From an uncultured delta proteobacterium (GTDB lineage: Bacteria; RBG-13-61-14; DRUE01), in assembly GCA_903897985.1 (NCBI GenBank), contig CAIUDS010000728.1:1-34849 (forward strand): 34,849 nt of DNA, written 5' to 3'. The notes under the pieces are model-generated. The model saw only the letters and a program-made list of their open reading frames with translations, ran no database searches and was not told the origin of the DNA. Made by a program: the position numbers and the translations under genes. This document shows positions 9,617-18,700 of this stretch, piece after piece; the stretch's first letter is position 1; each line of letters begins with the position of its first letter.

Positions 9617-10109
9617 TCCGGTCTCCCGCCTTGACCTTGCCGCCTTGCAGCACTTCGCAAAAAATTCCCTGCACCGGCATGATGCAGTCGCCCACAATTT
9701 TGTAGATCGCGCACCGGGTGTGGCATTCCTTTCCGATCTGGCTCACCCGCAGCCGGACAGTTTCACTGACCCGGAGTTCATCCCCGATTTTGAGTGACGC
9801 CAAGTCAATGCCTTTAGTCGTGAAATTCTCCGCAAACACCCCGGGCTCCAGCCCGATTCTTTGATCCTTGACCAGTTCACAGGACTCGATTCCCTTTTCT
9901 TTTAGTTTCTGCTTTTGCTTCTCGATGCTTTCCATCATCAAGAGGCTCACCTGGCGATGCGCAAACCCGGCATGCGCGTCCCCGCGAATGCCGAGGCCCT
10001 TGACCAGCTCGGCGGCTTTTACCGGGGATTTGATAGTGCCCTTTTTCTCGCTGGTATTGATCGAGACGAGCAGGCCAGCCTGCCTCTTATTTATTTTCTT
10101 CTTTCCCAT
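9603..10109 (-). CDS. MOSC domain-containing protein
   Basis: 168 aa with ...GIRGDAHAG...HRQVSLL... and a C-terminal beta-barrel-like segment as in MOSC (Moco sulfurase C-terminal) proteins. It is embedded between moaC and moaA and overlaps both. Confidence 0.65.
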   Translation of the reverse strand: MGKKKINKRQAGLLVSINTSEKKGTIKSPVKAAELVKGLGIRGDAHAGFAHRQVSLLMMESIEKQKQKLKEKGIESCELVKDQRIGLEPGVFAENFTTKGIDLASLKIGDELRVSETVRLRVSQIGKECHTRCAIYKIVGDCIMPVQGIFCEVLQGGKVKAGDRIEKP

Positions 10110-10564
10110 AATCCACTCTTGCCGCCGCTCTTGCTTTCGAGCCGCAAATCCGTTATCACCGCGCCGCGTTTCACCGCCTTGACCATGTCGTAGATGGTAA
10201 GCGCGGCCAGGGCCGCGCCGGTGAGAGCTTCCATTTCCGCGCCGGTGCTGGACCGGGTCTTGACCCGGCAGAAAATTTTCACAGCCGACTTTTGCAGTTC
10301 CAATTCGATCTCCACCTGGTCCAATGGGATCGGGTGCGCCAGCGGGATCAACTCGAAGGCCCGCTTGGCCGCGCCGATGCCGGCGATGCGCGCAGTATTG
10401 AGGACCTCGCCCTTGGCGATTTTATTTTTCCGGATCAGCGTCACGGTTTTGGGGCTGAGCTTGATCAGGCAGGACGCGAGCGCTTCGCGCTGGGTCACCG
10501 GCTTGGCGCTGATGTCCACCATTTTGGCCTTGCCTTCCTCGTCTATATGCGTGAGTCTCTTCAT
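10091..10564 (-). CDS. moaC: Cyclic pyranopterin monophosphate synthase
   Basis: MKRLTHIDEEGKAKMVDISAKPVTQREA... and later GAEMEALTGAALAALTIYDM, the classic MoaC pattern. Confidence 0.9.
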   Translation of the reverse strand: MKRLTHIDEEGKAKMVDISAKPVTQREALASCLIKLSPKTVTLIRKNKIAKGEVLNTARIAGIGAAKRAFELIPLAHPIPLDQVEIELELQKSAVKIFCRVKTRSSTGAEMEALTGAALAALTIYDMVKAVKRGAVITDLRLESKSGGKSGLWERRK

Positions 10565-10566
10565 GG

Positions 10567-11772
10567 CTAATCCAGATAAATGATCCCGACTTCCTCTCCC
10601 CGCTCCACGGCTTCGAGCGTGGGCGGGACCACGATCAGGACATTGCTTTTGACCATTGATTTAAGGACCCCGCTTTTCTGGTCATGGAACGGACGGACCT
10701 GAACCACTACGCCGTCCTGTTCGAGGATGCCGCGCAGGAAATGGGTCCGACCGGGCTTGAGCGACAGGTCTTCAAGCAGGATGGCCCGTCCATATCTAGG
10801 CCCGGTCTGAGTTTTGCCCAGCATTTTATCGAGCGCGGGCCGCACGAACAGATAAAAAGTCACCATGGCGCTGGCCGGATTTCCGGGCAGGCCGAAGACC
10901 AACTGGCTTCGCTTCACCCCGAAGAAGACCGGCTTTCCCGGCTTGATCCGGGCCTGCCAGAAAAAGGGCTTGACCCCGAATTCCTTGAGCTGGTCTTTGA
11001 CCAGGTCATAGTCTCCGACCGAGACGCCCCCGGTCAGGACCAGGACTTCGCAGCCTCTGGACTGGCTGATCTTGGCGCGGAGTTCCGACTTTTTGTCTTT
11101 GGCGATGCCCAGATATTTTACCTCGGCGCCCGCTTCCAGACCCAGCCCAAGAAGCGAGTAACCATTGGAATTTCGGATCTGTCCCGGCCGGATCCTCGAG
11201 CCCGGCTCCACGATTTCATCGCCGGTGGAAATTATGGCCAGAGTCGGCCGTTTAAACACCTTGACTTTGTTAATGCCCAGCGAAGCAAGCATGCCCAGTT
11301 CCGCGGCGCCGATGGCTTGGCCTTTGGGCAACACCAACTCGCCTTTTTTCACATCCTCGCCGATCTGCCCGGTATTTTCCATCGGCCTGACCCGGCGGCC
11401 GATCAGGACCTTCTTGCCGCGTTTTTCCGTATCCTCAACCTTGACCACCGCGTCCGCGTTTTTGGGCAGGGACGCGCCGGTCATGATCCGGATGGCTTTT
11501 CCAGGCTTGAGCATGGTCTTGGTGACCTTGCCCGCGGGCAAGTCCTCGATCACTTCCAACTCGACCCAATCCGCGCCGGCTGAAAAAACCAAATCCTGCG
11601 ACCGCACCGCGTATCCGTCCATCGTGGCCTTTTGAAAGGGCGGGACCGGCTCTCGCGATTTTATGTTTTCAGCAAGGACCCTTCCCAGGGCCTTGGCCAA
11701 AGGCAAGACCTCTTTGGCCATGGGCTTGGCCTGGCTGAGCACTTTTTTCAGCGCGTCATTGTAATCAATCAT
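10567..11772 (-). CDS. moeA: Molybdopterin molybdenum/tungsten transferase
   Basis: Trimmed to ATG 11770-11772 (MIDYNDALKKVL...). MoeA hallmarks are present: MDGYAVRS, STGDEIVEPG, LTGGVSVGDYD, GLPGNPASA. Confidence 0.9.
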   Translation of the reverse strand: MIDYNDALKKVLSQAKPMAKEVLPLAKALGRVLAENIKSREPVPPFQKATMDGYAVRSQDLVFSAGADWVELEVIEDLPAGKVTKTMLKPGKAIRIMTGASLPKNADAVVKVEDTEKRGKKVLIGRRVRPMENTGQIGEDVKKGELVLPKGQAIGAAELGMLASLGINKVKVFKRPTLAIISTGDEIVEPGSRIRPGQIRNSNGYSLLGLGLEAGAEVKYLGIAKDKKSELRAKISQSRGCEVLVLTGGVSVGDYDLVKDQLKEFGVKPFFWQARIKPGKPVFFGVKRSQLVFGLPGNPASAMVTFYLFVRPALDKMLGKTQTGPRYGRAILLEDLSLKPGRTHFLRGILEQDGVVVQVRPFHDQKSGVLKSMVKSNVLIVVPPTLEAVERGEEVGIIYLD

Positions 11773-11788
11773 TCGCCTGCTCCCATGA

Positions 11789-12817
11789 TTAGCGGACCAC
11801 CTCAACCGCTTCCGGCGAGAATCTTAGCAGAACCGAACTGGAAAGTGAAATCCTCTTGTTTTCAAGCTCTTGCATCGTCAAGTTCACGCGGAAATTCAAG
11901 TCCCCGCTCACCCGGACCAGGGCCAAGTTATTCCCGGTCATCTCCAAGCGGGTGACTCTTCCGGAGAACTGGTTCGGAATTTTGGGGTCCGCTTCCCGGC
12001 CCGACAGGACTTCGATTTTTTCCGGGCTGATCAAACAGGTGACATGGCCGGAGAATTTTCCGGGAAAGACAATTTTCGATCCCGGCCGCGGCTCGATCCA
12101 GCTCGAGTTGCCGTCGCTCTCGGCCTTGCCGCTGAAATAATTCTCGTGGCTGTATTCCACGCGCCTGCCGTCCGAGAGATAGATCACCTGGTCGGCAAGC
12201 CGGAAGGCCTGCGAGAAATTATGGGTGGAAAAGACAACGGTTGCGGAAAGGTTCCGGTTGACCTCCGCGATCATGGCCTCGATCCGGCTGATCATGGTCG
12301 CGTCTATGTTGGCAGTGGGCTCGTCCAGCAACAGCACCCGCGGCCGAACCATGATCGCTCGAGCCAGGGCCACCCGCTGGGCCTGTCCCGCGCTCAGCCC
12401 GGCCGCGGGTTTTTCCTCGAAACCGGCCAGCTCCACCATGTCCAAAACTTCCTCCGCCTGGTTTTTCCACGCACTTTCAGGAACGCCCCTGACCTTCAGG
12501 CCGAAGACCAGGTTGTCAAACACCGACCCATGAAAAAGATAGGGATTATGCGTCACCAGCGTGACCTGGCGCCGCTGCTCAAAAACCTGTTCCTTTCCGT
12601 TCCAGGGATTCTTGCCGAAAAATTCCAGCGTTCCTCCCTGCGGCTTTTGCAAAAGGCCCAGCAAATGCAACAAGGTGGTCTTGCCGGCCCCGTTCGGCCC
12701 GACCAGGGCGACGATTTTGCCGACCTCGAGTTCCAGATTATCAAGTTCAAGCTCAAACCTTGATCCCGGCGGACGGTAGCGAAGGTCCTTGAGCGTGTAT
12801 GCTTTTTCCGGCATCAT
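11789..12817 (-). CDS. tupC: Tungstate/molybdate ABC transporter ATP-binding protein with C-terminal TOBE-like domain
   Basis: Walker A GPNGAGKTTLL, signature LSAGQAQRVALAR and Walker B LLLDEP. The ~110-aa C-terminal extension resembles a TOBE/Mop domain. The gene is coupled to the permease and the TupA-like binding protein. Confidence 0.75.
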   Translation of the reverse strand: MMPEKAYTLKDLRYRPPGSRFELELDNLELEVGKIVALVGPNGAGKTTLLHLLGLLQKPQGGTLEFFGKNPWNGKEQVFEQRRQVTLVTHNPYLFHGSVFDNLVFGLKVRGVPESAWKNQAEEVLDMVELAGFEEKPAAGLSAGQAQRVALARAIMVRPRVLLLDEPTANIDATMISRIEAMIAEVNRNLSATVVFSTHNFSQAFRLADQVIYLSDGRRVEYSHENYFSGKAESDGNSSWIEPRPGSKIVFPGKFSGHVTCLISPEKIEVLSGREADPKIPNQFSGRVTRLEMTGNNLALVRVSGDLNFRVNLTMQELENKRISLSSSVLLRFSPEAVEVVR

Positions 12818-13461
12818 GGTTCCCTGTCCTTCAGGCCCAGGTTCACGGCCAAGTTGATCCCGAGGGTGATGCCCAAAAGGATGATCCCCAAAACCACGCC
12901 GTTGAAAAATTCCCCTTTGCTCGATTCGAGCGCGATGGTGGTGGTGATGTTGCGGGTGTCGCCGCGGATGTTCCCGCCCAGCATCATGGAAATGCCGACC
13001 TCCGAAACCGCACGCGCGAACCCAGCCAGCAGCGCGAACAAGAGCGCCAATCTCGCTTCCTTGATCACGATCCAGCCCGCCTGGTTTGCGCTCGCGCCCA
13101 GGCTCAACGCGGTTAGCCGCGCCTTGCGGTCAACCTGCTTGAGCGCGGTATAGGAAAACCCGATGATCAGGGGCAGAATGAGGATGACCTGTCCGACCAT
13201 CATGGCGGTCTGGGTGTAAAGGATTCCAAAAGTCCCGAGCGGCCCGTTGCGGCTCAAAAGGAAATACAGGAGCAGCCCGATCACGACAGTGGGCGCGGCC
13301 ATCCAGGTCTGGTTGAGCAGGAGCACTAATTTCTTGCCGCGGAACTCGGTCCCGGAAAGGAACAGCGCGAGCGGGACCGCCATCACGCATGCGATCAGCG
13401 TGGCCAAGCCGCTCACCTTTAACGATACCCAAATGGCTTTTAGCAGTTCAAGCAGGATCAT
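12814..13461 (-). CDS. tupB: Tungstate ABC transporter permease
   Basis: 215-aa polytopic membrane protein with an ABC permease EAA-like loop (ALSLGASANQAGWIVIKEAR). 4-nt overlaps on both sides. Confidence 0.75.
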   Translation of the reverse strand: MILLELLKAIWVSLKVSGLATLIACVMAVPLALFLSGTEFRGKKLVLLLNQTWMAAPTVVIGLLLYFLLSRNGPLGTFGILYTQTAMMVGQVILILPLIIGFSYTALKQVDRKARLTALSLGASANQAGWIVIKEARLALLFALLAGFARAVSEVGISMMLGGNIRGDTRNITTTIALESSKGEFFNGVVLGIILLGITLGINLAVNLGLKDREP

Positions 13462-14297
13462 TTGCTCAAGTCAATCCCCGGCTTGTCCGCCATCGGCTCA
13501 AACAGCCGGAGGCTGTTCTTTTTATAATTCCCAATCACGGCTTGTCCGACCGGCGAAGTCACCCAGGCCGCGAACTCCATGGCCTCCATGTATTTAGCAG
13601 TCGTGATCTTGAACGGGTTCACCGCGATCACCGCGTAAATATTCTCCAACTCCGGCGCGTTCTCGAACACCGGCTTGAGGCCCTTGACGCCCTCGATGCC
13701 GTAATAGGTCGCGGAATCGGTCAGGGTGTAGCCTTGTTTTTCCATGGCCACGCGCAAGGTCTGGGCCATGCCCTGGCCGGTCTCCATATAATTCTTGTCC
13801 GGCTTCCCGCCGACCAGGTCCCAAAGCTCGAGCTCGCGGATGTTGGTCCCGGACTTGTCTCCCCGGCTCACAAACACCGCGCCGCTATCCTTGAGCTTCT
13901 GCATCGCGGCCTTGACATCCTTCGCGCCCGCGATCTTCGCCGGGTCGCTCTCCGGGCCCACGATCATGAAATAATTCCGCGCGATCACCCGCCGGTTCAC
14001 GCCATAGCCGTCCGCCAAAAACTGGTCTTCCAGTTTCTTCGCGTGCACGATCACCACATCCGCGTTCCCGTCCTGCGCCTGCTTGAGCGCCGCGCCGGTC
14101 CCGACCGCAACCCATTTCAGCGTGATCCCGGTGTCCTTTTTGAACTCGTCCGCAACCACATTCAGCAGTCCGGTGGCGTCCACGCTGGTGGTGGTGGCCA
14201 ACATCAAAGAAGGTTTCTGGTTTTGGGAAAACCCCTGCGCCGATCCCAGCACAGCCGCGGCCAAAACGGCCTGTAACAACAGTTTCTTCATTTTCAT
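13458..14297 (-). CDS. tupA: Tungstate-binding periplasmic protein (TupA-like)
   Basis: Trimmed to ATG 14295-14297 (MKMKKLLLQAVLAAAVLGSAQG signal) with a GGAGGG RBS. The LATTTSVDATGLL motif matches the TupA TTTS-x-x-(S/T)GL signature. Confidence 0.75.
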   Translation of the reverse strand: MKMKKLLLQAVLAAAVLGSAQGFSQNQKPSLMLATTTSVDATGLLNVVADEFKKDTGITLKWVAVGTGAALKQAQDGNADVVIVHAKKLEDQFLADGYGVNRRVIARNYFMIVGPESDPAKIAGAKDVKAAMQKLKDSGAVFVSRGDKSGTNIRELELWDLVGGKPDKNYMETGQGMAQTLRVAMEKQGYTLTDSATYYGIEGVKGLKPVFENAPELENIYAVIAVNPFKITTAKYMEAMEFAAWVTSPVGQAVIGNYKKNSLRLFEPMADKPGIDLSK

Positions 14298-14313
14298 TCC
14301 CTCCCTGTTTTGC

Positions 14314-14352
14314 AATAAAAAAACCAACCCCCGGTTCCGGAAAGTTGGTTCT
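14314..14352 (-). terminator. Intrinsic terminator (riboswitch expression platform)
   Basis: Minus strand reads AACCAAC-tttccggaaccgggg-GTTGGTT followed by TTTTTTTATT. It lies between the aptamer and the tupA RBS. Confidence 0.7.
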
Positions 14353-14365
14353 AAGGTTGGCGCCT

Positions 14366-14464
14366 GATCTCCTTTCCGAATACGGGAGGCCCGGCCGTTT
14401 CCCGCCGGACCCTTTCGGCCTTGCGCCATCGGTCATCCCCTTTAGGCCGCAAGGCTCGGAGACA
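14366..14464 (-). promoter_or_regulatory. Moco/Tuco (molybdenum or tungsten cofactor) riboswitch aptamer
   Basis: Minus strand reads UCUCC-GAGCC-UUGCG...CGCAAGGCCGAAAGG-GUCCGGCGGGAAACGGCCGGGCCUCCCGUAUUCGGAAAGGAGA. P1 (UCUCC/GGAGA) and the conserved GAGCC, GCCUCCC and AAAGGAG blocks match the Moco RNA motif as I remember it. The 5' UTR position ahead of tupA/moa genes is the typical context. Confidence 0.75.
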
Positions 14465-14469
14465 ACTTT

Positions 14470-14497
14470 ACTCTAGCCGATCTCACGGATTTTGCAA
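14470..14497 (-). promoter_or_regulatory. Putative sigma70 promoter of the riboswitch-tup-moa operon
   Basis: Minus strand has TTGCAA, a 16-nt spacer, then TAGAGT. The predicted start falls about 7 nt downstream, at the 5' edge of aptamer P1. Confidence 0.45.
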
Positions 14498-14510
14498 GAA
14501 CCGACCGCCT

Positions 14511-14627
14511 GAATTCGGAACTCAATTCATCCACAGATTACACTGATTAACACAGAGAAATCGGAGTTGGGGGTTGGGAATTCGGAATTCAATTCATCCA
14601 CCGATTACACCGATGACCACAGAGAAT
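14511..14627. repeat. Two direct ~50-nt repeat units (period 67)
   Basis: GAATTCGGAACTCAATTCATCCACAGATTACACTGATTAACACAGAGA (14511-14560) versus GAATTCGGAATTCAATTCATCCACCGATTACACCGATGACCACAGAGA (14578-14627). They differ at only a few positions. Confidence 0.85.
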
Positions 14628-14760
14628 TTTTCCGCTTTTCCCTCCCCCCTTGCGGGGGAGGGTCAGGGAGAGGGGGATTTCTTAAACACGACGACACGGA
14701 CACGCGTGTCCCGGACACGACGGAATTCGGGAACGCGGATCTTACCGCAGACGCGGCTTG

Positions 14761-14794
14761 TCCTCCATAGCTCCATAAGCCGAGCGAAGGAGGA
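14761..14794. repeat. REP-like element ending in GAGCGAAGGAGGA
   Basis: TCCTCCATAGCTCCATAAGCCGAGCGAAGGAGGA, with TCCTCC/GGAGGA termini that can pair. Related copies lie at 23144-23179 (+) and 19008-19040 (palindromic). Confidence 0.75.
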
Positions 14795-14813
14795 AAAGCT
14801 CAGAGAATTTTAT

Positions 14814-14841
14814 CTGTAATTTGTAATGTGTAATCTGTAAT
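14814..14841. repeat. Heptad microsatellite (NTGTAAT)x4
   Basis: CTGTAAT-TTGTAAT-GTGTAAT-CTGTAAT read directly. Confidence 0.8.
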
Positions 14842-14943
14842 CCTATCTGCCTGCAGGATCAGGTCATCTGCCATAAGAACTTTTCCGAACCAGCCGGCAA
14901 ATGGGGGCGAGAAGGTCTAAGGGCTGGGCCTGACCCCTGGAGT

Positions 14944-15774
14944 TCAGTCTTTTCTTTTCGTGCCTCCGCATTGTCGGCAAATTTCATCATGAAACCTTTT
15001 TATATTTATTCGTTTCTTTTCAATATCTGGATAAAGATTTGCCTCCTCAGCCGTTGGATATTCTTTATCTTTAGACCACATGAAATAATTATCATTAGCT
15101 GGGTGAATACCAAGAGTCCAATTTATTGCAAGGGTTTTATTTGCAAAATCGTTAAGTTCATTAACCCGCTTTGCATCTTCTTTTATTGGCACATTATAAG
15201 GAATAACTGGCCATTTAAATTCATCTGCACTGCAAGGTGGAATCATAGGCGGAATTACTTGCTCTGCGGACTTTGTCAGGGCACCCCCAGACCATTCCTG
15301 GGCTTGCTCCATTTTGTATGCTTCTACAATAGCAGGACCTACATAAATCTTATTTTCGTTATCTATATATACATCACCATATGATATTCCTACTCTGATT
15401 CTAATGTGACGGTTAAATACGGTTATGAATAATAGCCATGAAATGGTTTGCAGTAATTCTTGGAGTGACTTTTGGGAGTCATCAATGCTGTATATCAAAA
15501 CAGTATCAGAAAACCATTGAACGCCAACTCGATTTTGTGACTGTAGATTGGCCAAGGCAAGATTTCCGTTTGATGGTAGCTTTTGTTCAATAGCAAAGAG
15601 TAAAGCATTATAAAATTTATTAAGAGGTCCATTAACAACTAGTTCAAGAGGGGTTTCAAATACTGTTTTAGAAAAGCCGAGAATATCGCAAACTGCTACC
15701 ATGCGTTTTTGAATCTTTGATTTCACTGCCTGTTTATCAAATGGCCGTGTAGAATATGTTTGTCTTCTCTCCAT
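14944..15774 (-). CDS. Class III nucleotidyl cyclase-like protein (276 aa) with uncharacterised C-terminal half
   Basis: Ordered matches to the cyclase-homology fold. VAVCDILGFS resembles FaDIvGFT (first metal Asp, D30). WFSDTVLIYS resembles the GDa..a.F strand (second Asp, D90). IRIRVGISYGDVYI resembles lrvRiGihtGpv. IYVGPAIVEAYKMEQ resembles vwGdtVNlAsRle. A GGGAGA RBS is present and the gene starts 16 nt after the helicase stop. AT-rich relative to neighbours. Confidence 0.6.
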   Translation of the reverse strand: MERRQTYSTRPFDKQAVKSKIQKRMVAVCDILGFSKTVFETPLELVVNGPLNKFYNALLFAIEQKLPSNGNLALANLQSQNRVGVQWFSDTVLIYSIDDSQKSLQELLQTISWLLFITVFNRHIRIRVGISYGDVYIDNENKIYVGPAIVEAYKMEQAQEWSGGALTKSAEQVIPPMIPPCSADEFKWPVIPYNVPIKEDAKRVNELNDFANKTLAINWTLGIHPANDNYFMWSKDKEYPTAEEANLYPDIEKKRINIKRFHDEICRQCGGTKRKD

Positions 15775-15790
15775 AATGTCTCCCTTTCAC

Positions 15791-18700
15791 TTACTTGTTT
15801 CTTGCCCTGCTCCACTCAAAACCGATGGAATTGAGATTGGCTATCTTTTCAGGGGATAGACGATCCTTATGGATTCTTAGATTTGAAACCCAATGCCCAA
15901 ATTTCTTATTTTCTTTCCATCTAGCGGGCACATTACAATGGCCATACTTTTTCTTGAAACCTTTCAATCCTTGAAACATCTGGTTCCATCTTGTTTCAAT
16001 GGGATCCCAATCAAATCCGATTGAATCAAGCTTAGCTCGCTTTTCTGGCGGCAGACGATCCTTTTTCACCCTTTGGGTGACCACCCAGGTTCCTAATTCC
16101 TTCTTGCTTTCCCATCCACGAGGCACATTGCAATGGCCATTTTCTTTCTCAAAGGCTGCCAACTTTTCAAACATCTGATTCCATATAGTTTCAAGAGGAT
16201 CCCAGTCAAACCCAATTTCATTGAGCTTGGCAATTTTTGCATTTGGTAGGCGGTTTTTTTTGAATCTTTGATTATTAACCCATGTGCTTAATTGTTTATT
16301 TTCTTTACTTCCCCGAGGTACATTACAATGGCCATGCTTTTTATTGAAAGTCTTCAATTGTTCAAACATCTGGTTCCATTTTGATTCCTCGGGATCCCAA
16401 TCAAATCGAATGGAATTCAGCTTGCCAAGTCTTTTAGGTGATTGGCCATCCTTAGTATTTCTCTGCGTAACAACCCATTGCGCCAGCTGCCTATTTTCCC
16501 ATCCTCGTGGAACATTGCAATAGCCATGCTTCTTCTTAAAAGCTACCAACTGTTCAAACATATGATTCCAAATAGTTTCAAGAGGATCCCAGTCAAATCC
16601 TATGAAATCTAGCTTATATCGCCTTTCAGGTGAGAGGTTATCCTTGGTTCTTCTCTGTACGCAAACCCATTTACCCAGCTGCTTATTTTTACCCCATTTT
16701 TGTGAAACATTGCAATGGCCGTGCTTTTTATTGAAAGCTTCTATCTGTTCAAACATTTGGTTCCATGCGTTTTCATGGGGATCCCAATCAAATCCAATAG
16801 AATCAAGCTTGGCTATCTTTTCAGGTGACATGCCACGCTTTCTAGTTCTCTGCGTGCCTACCCATGACCCCAACTGCTTATTTCCCTTCCATTTGTCAGG
16901 CACATTACAATGTCCGTGCTCTGCCTTGAAATCTAGTAGCTGCTTAAACATCTTGTCCCATAGGTTTTCGTGAGGATCCCAGTCAAAACCAATCGAATCA
17001 AGCTTCAATACTTTTTCAGGTGATATGCGGTCTTTGTTGACTCTTTGCCAAGTGACCCATGTGCCAAACCGTCTATTTTCTTTGCACATGGCCGGCACAT
17101 TACAATGGCCATACTTTTGCTTGTAAACAACAAGTTGCTGGAACATGACTTCCCAGGGTTGGAGTCGTTCGGAGATTCGATCAAAAAGTTCGCGGATTTC
17201 CTTGGTCTCGTCAGTGATATGGAAGCATGGCGCATACTCTTCCAAGCCCAGTTCTTTTCTTGCCCTGGCTTCCTGTTCCCTGGCCTCCTGCAAGTCCCTT
17301 AAAAAATCGTTGGCGCGAATATTCTGGAAGTTGTTGACGAAATCAAATATGATCGGGGTCTGGTCCACTCCTACCTGGATGCAGCGGCCGATTTGCTGGA
17401 AGAAAACAATGGGGCTTTCGGTTGGCCTAAGCAGGATGACCGCGCCCACATCCGGGATGTGAATGCCCTCGTTGAGCATATCAATGGCAAACATGAGATG
17501 GGCGGTATCTTTGGCCTTGGCATCCCGGAACTCCTGAAGGTTCTGGTCGTTGGCCTGATCCCCGGAGAGCAGGCGGTATTTTTGGCGTTTTTTGAAAATG
17601 CCGGCTTTTTGAAACCAGGATTCCACCACCCATTCCATCTGGTCCAGGTGCTCTTTGTCTTTGCAGAAGATGATGAACTTGTTGATCCTGGGGTTAAGGT
17701 GCTTTTTGAGAATTTCCGGGATGCCCTTGGTTTTTTCCCAGGCAATCTTTGATTGCCTGATCTGGGCCTCGATCTGCTTCTTCTCGGCTGCCGGTTTGCT
17801 GCTGTCTTCAAGCTTTTCCTGCAAATCCTTGATTTCTTCATCAAGGGTATAGAGCGCGGCCACATAGTTTGGGGCCGGGAGGATTCTCCTGATGATGGCC
17901 TGGGCCAGTGATAAATCCTCGGCAACCGTTCCGCCGAAAAGTTCATCGCTCATATCCCGGCTTTCATCCAGCCAGCGGATAGGTGTTGCCGTGGTTCCGA
18001 ACACAAAGGCCTTGCTATGTGCCTTTAGGATGCGATCCACGCCTTTGCCCCATTCTTCCGCGCCGCAACGGTGGAACTCGTCCAGCACGATCAATTTGGG
18101 CGCGAGCTTTTTGATTTCTGTTTTTGTGAGATGGATTCCTTTGGCATAGGTCATGAATTTGGTTGACTGGTTTGCCCAGGGGACTCTGCGCTGCTGCTGT
18201 TGGAGAATATATTTTTGAGGAGCCATTACGAGTTTCTTGTCCGCCAGAAAATCCGCCATGACTTTGGCGATCAGGTAGCTTTTTCCGGTGCCGGTGGCCT
18301 GGACCACGGCCACCTGCCTGCTGTCCATCCGGAGTTCGTTCACTCGCTGGTAGGTGGTTTCGTTATGCGCATAAAGGTCAATTTGCGGTTCGGTTAATTT
18401 TTCGGGGTCGTATTTTGCGATCAGGCCATCTAGATGGCCCCCGTCTTTTAACGACAGGTTGAACCGGCTTAGTTTTTGAGCTTCTTTGACGAATCCATTC
18501 AAGGCCACGAGCCGGAATTGCTGGCAGTCGTATTGCTTGGCTGATTGCTCCTCGAACTTAATCAGTTCGATTTTGGTCTGGTCAAAGGTCAGGGGCTTGG
18601 AGTGGTTCTTGGCCTGGATGATGTAGCTGGCTTTGGTCGGGGTCTTGGGATGATACAACAGGATGTCCGCGCCTTGGTCGCCGCGGCCTCCCTTGGTTTC

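Noticed and set aside
14574-14819. ORFs 14567..14770 and 14574..14819 spanning the junction left of the cyclase gene.
   Set aside because: They run through stacked repeat elements (the GAATTCGGA units, the CCCTCCCC...GGGGAGGG hairpin, the GGACACGCGTGTCC palindrome and the REP-like element). They have no RBS or coding-like composition.
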